DNA of 64,000 nt from the human T2T-CHM13v2.0 reference genome, Homo sapiens: NCBI RefSeq assembly GCF_009914755.1, contig NC_060940.1; one strand, given 5' to 3'. The notes below the pieces were generated by a model. The model saw only the letters and a list, made by a program, of their open reading frames with translations. It searched no databases and was not told the DNA's origin. Of this stretch, positions 1-14,334 are shown piece after piece; within the stretch, counting starts at the first letter, position 1; each line of letters begins with the position of its first letter. Both the position numbers and the translations under genes were made by a program.

Positions 1-129
1 TAACTCTGTCATGGTACATGGCAAGAAATATGTTGTTACAACTCTTGTTCTCCAGGATAAAACTTCTTTGCCTTGGAAATCAAGCAGGATATCCACGCTA
101 TTTGTTACTCATGCAAAAAACCATAAACG

Positions 130-470
<341 letters not shown>

Positions 471-3400
471 AACAAAAATAGACTTTACAAAATACCGAAA
501 AGAAATTTTCAGTTATTTATGAAAGTCTATCAATGTCTTTGTCTGGAAAACGGGCTTTTACTTCCAAAAGGATCAAAAAAACACCATTACATTAACGTTA
601 AAAGCAATAAAACTGAATGAGCACCTATCAAAGCAATACCGTTTTATGGCTTCAGCGTCTCTTTCTCAGAGCCACTTGCCAGCCAGCCATCTCCTGCATT
701 ACTGTTTATTCTCAGAGTACACTGAAAAAAGTGTTTCCTGAATGAGCATCTCCCACAAATAAATTTAACAAAAAAGGAAACTGAGATGGTCACCTTCAGA
801 GCAAACAAGCCAACGGTGTAGAAGAGGCACCCCAATGCCCATCCCACCGGCACAGTAGCAGGTGGGGCAAAAAGTGCATGGGTCTTATGCAAGCCAACAG
901 GGAGAGGCGACTAGAAAGGCTTAGGGGAAAGGTGGCCCCTGGGTGGGATTCTGAACCACTTTCCTGGGGTATCTGTCCTGTTTGTGCCCACACAAGTGCA
1001 TGTGTGCTGGGAACCGGCAGCACCAAGGAGGCTGGGGCCATCCTAAGACTGCAGCTGTGCGACTTCCTGTAGAGAAGGCAGGACACCAAGTCCTTTTCAG
1101 CAAGGCAGTGACGGACAGAAGTCCTGTGGGCAGCAGCTTTCATAAAGTGTGGGGTCAGGCAGGCTGGAAGCAGGACCAAGAGGGAGGCTACCACCACAGT
1201 TCCAGCATGAGGCAGCAAGGGCCTGCTTTCAGGGGATGTCTGAGACAGCCAAACGGGCCTGGCAACAGGATGTGGGATAGAGACAGCAGAGTTCAAAGCC
1301 GACTCCCAACGTCTGGACACTCAGGGACCTGGTTTCCTGCCACTATCTAGTGTTCCACTTCCCCACACTCATCGCAGGGAGCTCTAGCACTCACGCAAGA
1401 ATCATCAGAAGGCCACCAGGCTGACTACAGCATCAGTGGCGCATGGCACCAAATCCACTTGACTTTTATCATACAGTGAATCATTCTCAAAATATTACAC
1501 TTTTAATATTAAAATCCCTATTCAAGCACATCAAGCCCAAGATTTCAAGAACAGCATTGCTTAGGCAGAGGCCGGATGGCTTCTTCCTAATCCACATCGG
1601 ATATGGTTACTGTGGGCCCTTTCTGCATAGCACCCATCTTCGATGGCCCCACCTGTGGTGTGTGCCCCACTTTAGTTCTAACATAGTGTCACATTTTCTT
1701 GGCTGCAAAAGCCCTACCACCAAGGCAACACCATGTGCTGAACATCTCCTATGCTCCAAATTCCATGCCAGGCACTTTAGATGTGCCTGGCGATTCCAGT
1801 CTCACAACAACCTTGACGGGCATGAATGACCTCCTTTAAGGGATGGAGAAACTGAGGAATCAAGAGCTTAAGCAATGTGCATTAGGTCCCACAGCAATTA
1901 GATGGCAAAACCCAGATTCAAACCCAGGCATGGCTCTAAATCTAGACTGCCTTAGTCACCACAGTCTGTTATACCATGAATTTTTACTTAATGACCTCTT
2001 TCTCCTTTTCCAAAACACTAATTCAAAAAAAAAAAAAAGGATACCTTCTTCCTATATTTACTAGTATCGATCATTTCATTACAGAGAAAAAATTAATAAT
2101 GAGGATATCAGCAGCCTGAAAGAATCAGGAGAGCTGGAGCCTGGGGAATCGCTTTGAATCATTAAAACCTGACGTGCTCACATCAGAGTGAGATGCTAGG
2201 TTTGGCCTAATTTCTCTCTACTGGGTTCTCTGAGCTGATGTTCATCTTGTAACTTTGCAAAGAATTATCTTAGCAACAGAAGCCAATGTAAGGAAAATCA
2301 ACACTCTCGAATTATTTGACTTTTGTCTCGTTACAGTGCTATTTGAAAGAATCTTCTATTAGTTATAATCACAACAGCACAAGTTTATCTGGCTGGGTGT
2401 GTTCAAGAGAACTCACATTCTACTCCCAAACATGCTTCAGCAGAAAAGTAACTGCACAAGTTTGGAAGAAACCCACCACCACCCCCGTAACAAAAAACAC
2501 AGAAGCCTAGATCAGAAGCTGCAGCTGACCCATTAATTTGCTCCTAATAGCAGCAGTCTAAGTGTCATAGAAAAGTCTAACATCTATCCCATTCGTCTCA
2601 GAGCCGACACTGAAACAGAGACTGCTCACTTGGGCAGAAGAACCACACCAGGGAAAAAAACAGTTTGTATGCAGAAGCAAGGCCTCCTGATAACTTCCTG
2701 TTGATTCAATAGCGTCTACACCGACCATCTGAGTATTCAGAGGGCAGAGACCCATGCAAGTCACTCCTTCAGCCCCTAGACTTCCATGGCCACCAAAGTT
2801 AGCGAATAAATAATACACTGCCAAGCAACCTTATTCCCAGCCAGACCTAATCATGCCACCACCTCCACAGCTCTATCTGCCTTCCAACTAGAAACATGCA
2901 ACTGGCTGCTTCAGGCCTTACAGGGAGTGTGTGGTTGCAACCCCAGCAAACTGCATCAGGCCCCACCTCTTCCCTCTCCGCACTTCACCCTTCATCACTT
3001 TCCTAACTGCTCAGGGCATTTCAAAAAATAACTATTCCAGAGCACTGCTGTTTTCCAATGAATATACAAGGACTGTGCAGAGTTCACTCAAAAGCAAATG
3101 CAACCCCAAGAATGTGAGGCCGGAGAGCAAACTCACACTGACCTATTGATAGAGACAAAACAAACGAAACAGTCTCCCAGGCTCCTTCGAAACCACTCTG
3201 CCCAGGAGGTGCAGGCAGGATGCTCCAGGTTTACAAAGCCTTCCCTTCCTCAAGCTGTTCAGACCCTGACAGTTTCCAGCTGCTAGTTCGTTAGGAACCG
3301 AGGCAGACACTGAACAGGTGCCAAGTCTCTAGCTCTGACCAGGACCCCACTCACAGCCTGGTCCATGAAGCCAACCAGAGTCCACTAAATTCCAGCCTTC

Positions 3401-3784
3401 TGGCTTTTTAACAGAAGTGTTCTCTCACTCTTTCGGGTCCTAAGTCACATTCCAATCGTAAGGCTAGTACCACATTTCAGGATTGGGAAGGCTGAAATAG
3501 ATGGCCTAAGACACAAGTAGCTTTTTAAACCACACACCAGTGGGTACTCACAGGGCACTATTATTTGTCCACAGCCTCATGTGCTCACTACAAGAAAAGG
3601 GACCTCCTGGATAATGAAATTGAAACAGAGGCCCAGTCAGAAGAAATGAGTTTCTTAAGTTTAAGGAATCAGCATTAGTAACTAAAACCTCTGCCATCCA
3701 ATTTGAGATTCTGCTAAATTTACAGATTAACTGTCCTAGGGGTTACCTTTCTAATACAAACTGTAATATGAAAATAAAGCTTCA

Positions 3785-4408
<624 letters not shown>

Positions 4409-5143
4409 TTAGATGGGCTGCAAAATACAGCACAAAAGGAATACACAAAATTCCCTCAGTAAAGTACTTCTTTTCAGCTATTTGGTTTAATCACACATAA
4501 CAGGCGCTCTTAGTTGCTGCTTTGCTGGGGCCAAGTGAAACAGATAACCCAGTCCTTGGCGTGGACTCCGCTCTTCTGTCCCCCATTACTGCCATTGATA
4601 AATACCACTGGGGAGTGCCTACTGCAGAATCCCAGCCACTTTGTCATTTGCAACCTGGCCAGCCATTTTTTCAGTGACTATCCAATTACTGGAAGTAAGT
4701 TATTCTATTCAGAGGTGAACACCAGTCACGCTTAAGTGTTCCCACCAACCGGTGTGCAGCGCCCCACACTTGGAGCCACCGCACAGGACAAATACTGCTT
4801 TTCCTGAGCTCCCCTGGAGCTTCATTCATTGAGGCAACCCAAGATCCCTTGCTAAAAGCAAAACTAAAGCATTCCACGCCGTTTTCATTCAGGTGGCCTC
4901 CATTTGACTCCCGACAGCCTGAACTCGTCACGTAGGTAAGAAAACTTTTTAAAGACCATTTGGACTTTGCTTTGTTTCAGTGAAATGGGTCGTGAGAAAA
5001 AGTGCCTTCCAACGACCAACTCCCTAAATCCAACACCCTTCTCTTTACAGCGTCTTCACATCCAACCTTTACAACCAAGACTCTATACCTCAAACTACAG
5101 TGCCTTGGAAAATTACTGCCACATCGGCAGAAAACCGAGTTAC

Positions 5144-5180
5144 CTTTCGAGTCAGGTTTGATTCTGATGCAGGCAGCCAT
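5144..5180 (-). CDS. USP7: Candidate intronic alternative first exon coding part (MAACIRIKPDSK + 1 nt)
   Basis: ATG at 5180 (+4 G) and donor AAG|GTAACT at 5144/5143, phase 1, at the edge of the CpG island. Confidence 0.3.
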
Positions 5181-5875
5181 GTGCGGCAGGGCTTTCGCAC
5201 GGTTGCAAGCGCACACCTGGCCGGATGCTGGCTGCACCACACACTGCCAAGTACAAACTCCCCGAAAAACAGGTGGATTCGGAAACCAACAGCGCCCGGG
5301 TCAGAACTCTGGGCCAGTCCAAAACCTGACAACATCTGCGTTCCTTGCAGCTGTTTTCGAACGTAAGCCCGACGCTAGGCAGTGCTGTTAGAAAGTGATT
5401 TGGAAGAGCGCTTCCGAGCCACGGCGCGCCCTCCGGGGGAGCGCACCGGAGCAGGTGCGGGCGAGCCCCGCGCCCGGGGAGGTCAGGAATTCCCCAGCCA
5501 CACCAGATCCAACCGGACGCCCCAGAACGGGGACGGTCCCCGGAGTCCGCCTCCCAACCTGGGTGAGAAAACACCTCCGTCCCTCCGCTGCCTGAGCGCT
5601 CGAATTTACAACTCAGGGCGCTTTGTGCCGCGGAGGCCCGGCGGACGCGAGGTCGGGACAATGCACGGGGCCGGGGTCCCGGCGGCCGCCCCTCGCCCGC
5701 GGACCCGGCATGACTTTGCAGCCTCGCCGGGCCGGGGCCGGGAGGCCAGGCCGAGGCCCGGCGGCCGCCCGGGGCCTGGTTAAAGATGGCGAGCCCCTCG
5801 CGTGGCTCCCGCGGCTCCCCCGGCCACAATGAAAGGCGCCCCCCGGCCCCGCCGCGGCCGGCCCTCGGGCCTCAC

Positions 5876-5954
5876 CTTCCATCTCCATGTCCTCGGGCTC
5901 GCTCAACTGCTGCTCGCCCGCTTTCTGCTGCTGCTGCTGCTGCTGGTGGTTCAT
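5876..5954 (-). CDS. USP7: USP7 coding exon 1 (79 nt: MNHQQQQQQQKAGEQQLSEPEDMEME + 1 nt, phase-1 donor); the rest of the gene lies to the left of the window
   Basis: Minus-strand ATG at 5954 (context GCCGACATGA). The translation matches the known human USP7 N-terminus. It is followed by the canonical donor GAAG|GTGAGG at 5876/5875. Confidence 0.97.
5925..5945 (-). repeat. (CAG)7 encoding the USP7 polyQ tract
   Basis: Seven perfect CTG units on the + strand. Confidence 0.95.
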
Positions 5955-6030
5955 GTCGGCCGCGGCCTGGGCCTCGCCTGCGGCCGGGGGCCGGGGCTGC
6001 GAGCCCGGCGGGCGGGCGGCGGCGAGCCGG

Positions 6031-6256
6031 GGCGGCGGCGGCGGCGGCGGCGGCGGGGCGGCCTCCTCCTCCTCCTCCCGCGCGTCGTCGACGACGGCGG
6101 CCCCGGGGCGGCCCGCGGCGGGCGGCGGCGGCGGCAGGGAGACGCGCACGTACTTGCTCGCGATTCGCCCAATCTCGGCGCCGAGGCGGGCGGGCGGCCG
6201 GCGGGCCGGGCCGGGCGGCCTCGTCGCTCGCTGCGGCCGCCGCCGCCGCCGCCGCC
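6031..6256. repeat. GGC/GCC trinucleotide tracts in the 5' UTR: (GGC)8 6031-6054, (GGC)5 6121-6135, (GCC)7 6236-6256
   Basis: Read directly from the sequence. Confidence 0.9.
6147..6173. promoter_or_regulatory. CCAAT box (6169-6173) plus TACGTG HRE/E-box-like core (6147-6152)
   Basis: Relatively AT-richer motif cluster within the GC-rich leader. It may mark a secondary proximal TSS. Confidence 0.4.
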
Positions 6257-6553
6257 GCGGGGCCCGCCTCCCGCCGCCGGGGCCGGGGCCGGGGCTGCGG
6301 GGCCGCGGGCCGGCCGGGGGCGGAGGGCGGCCGGTCGGGGGCCGCGGAGTCAGCCCCGCCTCGGGCCGGGCGCGGCGGACGGGAGGCCTGGCCGGCCGCG
6401 GCGGGCCTGCGGGCCCTGGGGCCGGCGGGAGCGGCGGAGCGGGCGGGCGACGGGCCGGCCGCGTTCCGAGAGCCGCGGCCTCCGCCTCCTCGGCGTCGTC
6501 GTCGGGGCTCCGGCAGCGGACGCGGCGCCCGGCAGCTCGGCTCGGCTCGCTCT

Positions 6554-6565
6554 CAAAATGGCGGC
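6554..6565 (+). promoter_or_regulatory. YY1 consensus site CAAAATGGCGGC
   Basis: Exact match to the YY1 consensus, just downstream of the inferred minus-strand TSS. A second YY1-like AAGATGGCG lies at 5783-5791. Confidence 0.75.
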
Positions 6566-7065
6566 GGCGTGAAATGTCACATCCGCATGGGGGGCCGCGG
6601 AGCGAGCGAGCGAGCGAGGAGAGCAAGCGGGCGGGCGCCGAGCCGGAGGGCGGAGCGGGAGCGCAGGGCGGAGCACGGGAGGCGGAGCAGGGAGCGACCC
6701 GCCTGCCGCCGCCGCCGAGGCCCGCCTGCCCCGCAGCGCCGCGCCCCGGCACCGCCTGCGCCGCAGCCCCGCGGCGGACCCTCGGCGCTCCCTGCCCCCG
6801 GGCCCTGGGGGCCGAGGCGGGCCGCCCGGTGACTTAGCCCTGCGGAGGTGATCCGGAATCCTTCCCATCCTGGGGAGCCGGACACCCCGAAAGACCCAGG
6901 AGCGGCAATGAGGAGGGGCCCAGAAGCCACCCGGCAGCCGGGGTTCAGGTCCCAGCCTAGCGCGCCGGGGCGAGCGCTGGAGGTTGCCCGGGGACTGCTC
7001 GGGATAGGGCCCGGAAGGGAGCTTGGGGTCAGCGCCTAGAAGTTCCTGTTATTGTCGTTACTTAC

Positions 7066-7180
7066 CCTTGCCCGCTGACGTGCACTTTTTCACCCAGTAT
7101 CTACCGTGGAAGAATTTATTTTCTCACTGTCAGCCTAATCTGGCAAAGTTTGGCTCCTCAAGAGCAACCCCAGGCGGGGC
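7066..7180 (-). other. Candidate non-coding alternative first exon upstream of the main USP7 TSS
   Basis: Near-consensus donor AGG|GTAAGT at 7066/7065, no ATG, and a TGACGTG motif at 7076-7082. The 5' end is uncertain. Confidence 0.35.
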
Positions 7181-9367
7181 GCAGCTGCTCACACCTGTGA
7201 TCCCAGCACTTTGGGAGGCCGAGGTGGGAGAATCACTTGAGGCCAAGAGTAAGAGACCACCCTCTCTACAAAGTTTTTGGGTTTTGTTTTTATATTTTTG
7301 AAATGTATTTTTAATTAGCCGGGTGTTGTGCCTCCTGCCTGTAGTGACAGCTACTTGGGAGGCTGAGGCTGGAGGTTCGCTTGGGAGGTTGACTGAGGCT
7401 GCAGTGATCAAAGATGGCGCCACTGCACTCCAGCCTGGGCAACAGAATGAGACCCTGTCTCAACTAATAGTGATAATAAAATAATAATATAAAAATAAAA
7501 CAAGCCCACTACCCTTCACATTTGGTATTAATTTACTTCCTTCCTATCAACCCAGTCTGGGATCATTCACCCGGGGCCTCCCTATTCCAGGAGACATTTG
7601 GTGAATATATCTCCTGTCCTGTCTCATTCAGTCATTGACAGACTGATGATTAGGGTCTCAACTTTTCCAGTTAATCAAGGCAGTGTGGGTCAATAAAAAT
7701 GGAGCAAACCGATATACATTTCTACACATCTCAGGGGAGAATAGAATTTCACCCTAACAAGGCCAGAAGATTGTGGTACCTGTCTTCTCTCCATCTCCCT
7801 ATACCCGCTTTCCCTGCATTTTTCTCCCATTTATGTACTGTTCATCTCCCTTCCCCCCGAAAGAATGTTTTGCTCACTGTTGTATCACAAATGCCTGGGA
7901 TACACAGCAAGTGCTCAATAAAAATTGGTTGGGCCAGGTCGGCGCGGTGGCTCACACCTGTAATCCCAGCACTTTGGGAGGCCAAGGCGGGCGGATCACT
8001 TGAGGTCGGGAGTTTGGGACCAGCCTGACCAACATGGAGAAACCCCGTCTCTACTTAAAGTACAAAATTAGCCGGGCGTGGTGGCGCATGCCTGTAATCC
8101 CAGCTACTCAGGAGGCCGAGGCAGGAGAATCACTTGAACCCGGGAGGTGGAGGGTGCGGTGCGGTGAGCTGACATCGCGCCATTGCACTCTAGCCTAGGC
8201 AACGAGCGAAACTCTATCTCAAAAAAAAAAAAAAAATTGGTTGGGCCAGGCACGGTGGCTCACGCCTGTAATCTCAGCACGTTGGGAGGCCGAGGTGGGC
8301 GGATCACCTGAGGTCAGGAATTCGAGACTAGCCTGGCCAACATGGTGAAACCTCATGTCTACTAAAAATACATACAAAAAACTTAGCCGGGCATGGTGGC
8401 ATACGCTGGTAATCCTAGCTACTCAGGAGGCTGAGGCAGGAGAATTGCTTGAAGCCAGGAGGTGGAGGCTGCAGTCAGCTAATCACACCCCTGCACTCCA
8501 GCCTGGGCAATAGAGGGAGATTCCATCTAAAATAAATAAATACATAAATAAATATTGGTTGAATGGGCCAGGCACAGTGGCTTACACCCCTTATGCCAGC
8601 ACTTTGGGAGATTGAGGCGGGAGGATCAATCACTTGAGCCCAGGAGTTGGAGACCAGCCTGGGCAACATAGGGAAACCCGATCTCAATCAGCCAATCAAT
8701 TAATCAATCATTAGTCAACTGGTTGAATGAACATATGATTCAAGCGTGACTGGATCCCCCTCACCAGCATTTCGTACGCTTGAAGGTTTTTCACCAGTAT
8801 ATTTCCTGCCAGACCACAGAGGTGAGCAGGGGAGAGCCCAGTCACTTCAAAGGAATCCCTTGGGTCACCCCCAGAATCTGAAGAAGAGGTATTGTTATTC
8901 ACACAGATTCTCACAAATGCTAATCAACAGCGCTCAGATGCAAAAGAGTCCTTCTCTCTAGTATTCTGGAAGCTTGGAGGAGGGAAGAAAGTGCCTTTCT
9001 GGCAGAGGAAGAGGTGGCAGAAAGTTATGTATATGGCTGTCAGTTCACATTGGCCAACCTTATCCTCATCACTGAGTTCAAAACCAATCTGGCCGGGCAC
9101 GGTGATTCACGCCTGTAATCCCAGCACTTTGGGAGGCTGAGGCGGGCGGATCATGAGGTCAGGAGTTCGAGACTAGCATGACCAACATGGTGAAACCACG
9201 TCTCTACTAGAAATACAAAAATTAGCCGGGCATGGTAGCGCGCCTGTAATCCCAGCTACTCAGGAGGCTGAAGCATGAGAATCGCTTGAACCTGGGAGGT
9301 GGAGGTTGCAGTGAACCGAGATTGCACCACTGCACTCCAGCCTGGGCTATAGAACGAGACTCTGTGT

Positions 9368-9399
<32 letters not shown>
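7171..9399 (+). mobile_element. Cluster of + strand Alus (~7171-7500, 7938-8236, 8243-8552, 8566-8700, 9091-9399)
   Basis: Repeated Alu consensus segments with A-tails. Confidence 0.9.
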
Positions 9400-9400
<1 letters not shown>

Positions 9401-10576
9401 ACACAATATCTCTCTCTCTTTCTAGAAGCACCTTGAGGAAGAAATTGTCTTGTCTACAGCTCTATCCTCAGTACAGCACCAAGCTTACAGTGGATGCTCA
9501 GTGAAGATTTGCCGATTTGCCGAATGAATGCTTTCACCCCTGCAACTGTTTACTGCCTGCTAGGAGCTCAGAGCCTCTGGGATACAGGCTGGGAATGACA
9601 GTGCCTGCTCGCTTGGAAGGCCTCTCTTCTGGAGTCAATAAAACAGCACTTCTTTGCTTCTTCCTGGCTGGTCCACATCTTTCACTGAGGAGTGGATAGT
9701 GGAGGGAGAGTTCATTTCTAGGGCACCACAGCTATGAGAAAAGCAAGACCAGTGCCCTTGGAGGCCCACTAAAAAGGCCCCCACTGGATTATTCCAGCAG
9801 GCTCGGCTGGCCTGTTTTCTTCCTCCCCTGGTAGAATTGTGCCTGCATTGGCTATAAAGTCCATTTGCACACAGAAGGGGTGTGTGTGGAAGGACTCTGC
9901 AGAAGTGAATCCGCTGAGTAATGCCTGCTTCCTCAGAGGGTGAATGCCAAGATGCCTCCAAAGGACATGAAGGGCTCTGAAGGGGAAGATGACTGAGGGC
10001 ACCATTTTTGATCACTGCCAATTAAAAAAAAAAAAATTCATGACCCCTACCGTGGTTCAGAAACCGGGGACTAAGGAGATGAAAAACCGGGGAGACAGGA
10101 ACCGCTGGAGAAACTGACTTGTCATTAGCTAGAGCCAGTAAAGGGCAGGGAGGGGCCACCCTATCATTACTTGGATCAAAACATATTTTGCTGCTCCCAG
10201 GGCCATGGCATGACTTGGCATAAACAGAGGGTTGGTTTTTCTTCTTGAGAACCAAAATATTTATCTACCTTGAAGCTATGTTGGTCAGGGTCTAAAATTA
10301 TTTAATAGAAGTGTCAGAGAAGAAAAGGGATTAACAGCTTTCCCCCTCTCCACGCCTTCATCTGCCCCCACCCCCCGCCCCACCGGGATAACTAAATTCC
10401 TAAATAATCCATACCTAGAAAGATGACCTAATCCCATACCACAAGGTTACTGATGAGGATTTGGGTTTAGAGAAGATAAGGGACTTAGCCAAGGTCAAGC
10501 AGTGTGGGAGAGTAAGGGGCTTTAGGATTCAGAAACCAGGTGGAACCTAGCTCCATACATGGTTCTGTAAACTTGA

Positions 10577-14044
<3,468 letters not shown>

Positions 14045-14334
14045 AAAACTACATATTTTAAAGAGGGGTGGGACTCAGTTTAGCCCAGGAACTACCCCCA
14101 ACCAACATTGCTTTTGGCACCAAAGGCTTCACCTACTTACCTGGCCATGGGATGAGGCAGGTGTCTGCCCAGAGGGGCACCATTAGCTTGCACAAGGGCA
14201 CTGTAAAAGCTAGTGCCAGCCCTGCCTTTGAGAGGTGCTATTATTACTCCCATTTTACAGAACAGGACACTAAGGCAGCAAAAGGCTAATGGCCCCAAAA
14301 CTGGTCCAGTAAGAAGCAACACCAAGATGTCAAC

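Larger units (their letters stand above)
5955..6575 (-). other. USP7: USP7 exon 1 5' UTR (very GC-rich, no upstream AUG; TSS approximate)
   Basis: Contiguous GC-rich sequence upstream of the ATG. An Inr-like GACATTTC at ~6571-6578 is followed by a YY1 site GCCGCCATTTTG, a layout typical of CpG-island TSSs. The exact start is inferred. Confidence 0.7.
5200..7080. promoter_or_regulatory. CpG island / USP7 promoter
   Basis: Very high GC and CpG density with many GGGCGG boxes, surrounding exon 1. Confidence 0.93.
5375..9660 (+). ncRNA. USP7-AS1: Candidate spliced antisense lncRNA overlapping USP7 exon 1 and promoter (probably USP7-AS1)
   Basis: Plus-strand donor TGG|GTGAGA at 5562/5563. Possible small exon 8768-8821 (CAG| ... 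GAG|GTGAGC). Strong acceptor TCTCTCTCTTTCTAG| ending at 9425, then AATAAA at 9637-9642. The name and 5' end come from recollection and inference and need checking. Confidence 0.45.

Noticed and set aside
796-1829. Intronic ORFs of 122-174 aa
   Set aside because: No recognisable similarity, overlapping on both strands and partly MIR-derived. Likely chance.
5613-5875. Continuation of the 379-aa ORF beyond …DMEMEG
   Set aside because: Read-through into intron 1 past the canonical GT donor.
5786-6837. Long + strand ORFs of 348 aa and 316 aa, and other ORFs in several frames across the CpG island
   Set aside because: Low-complexity Ala/Gly/Arg/Pro translations are expected from stop-poor GC-rich DNA. 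No recognisable domain.
10051-10110. Short direct repeat AAACCGGGGA x2
   Set aside because: Too short to distinguish from chance or local slippage.
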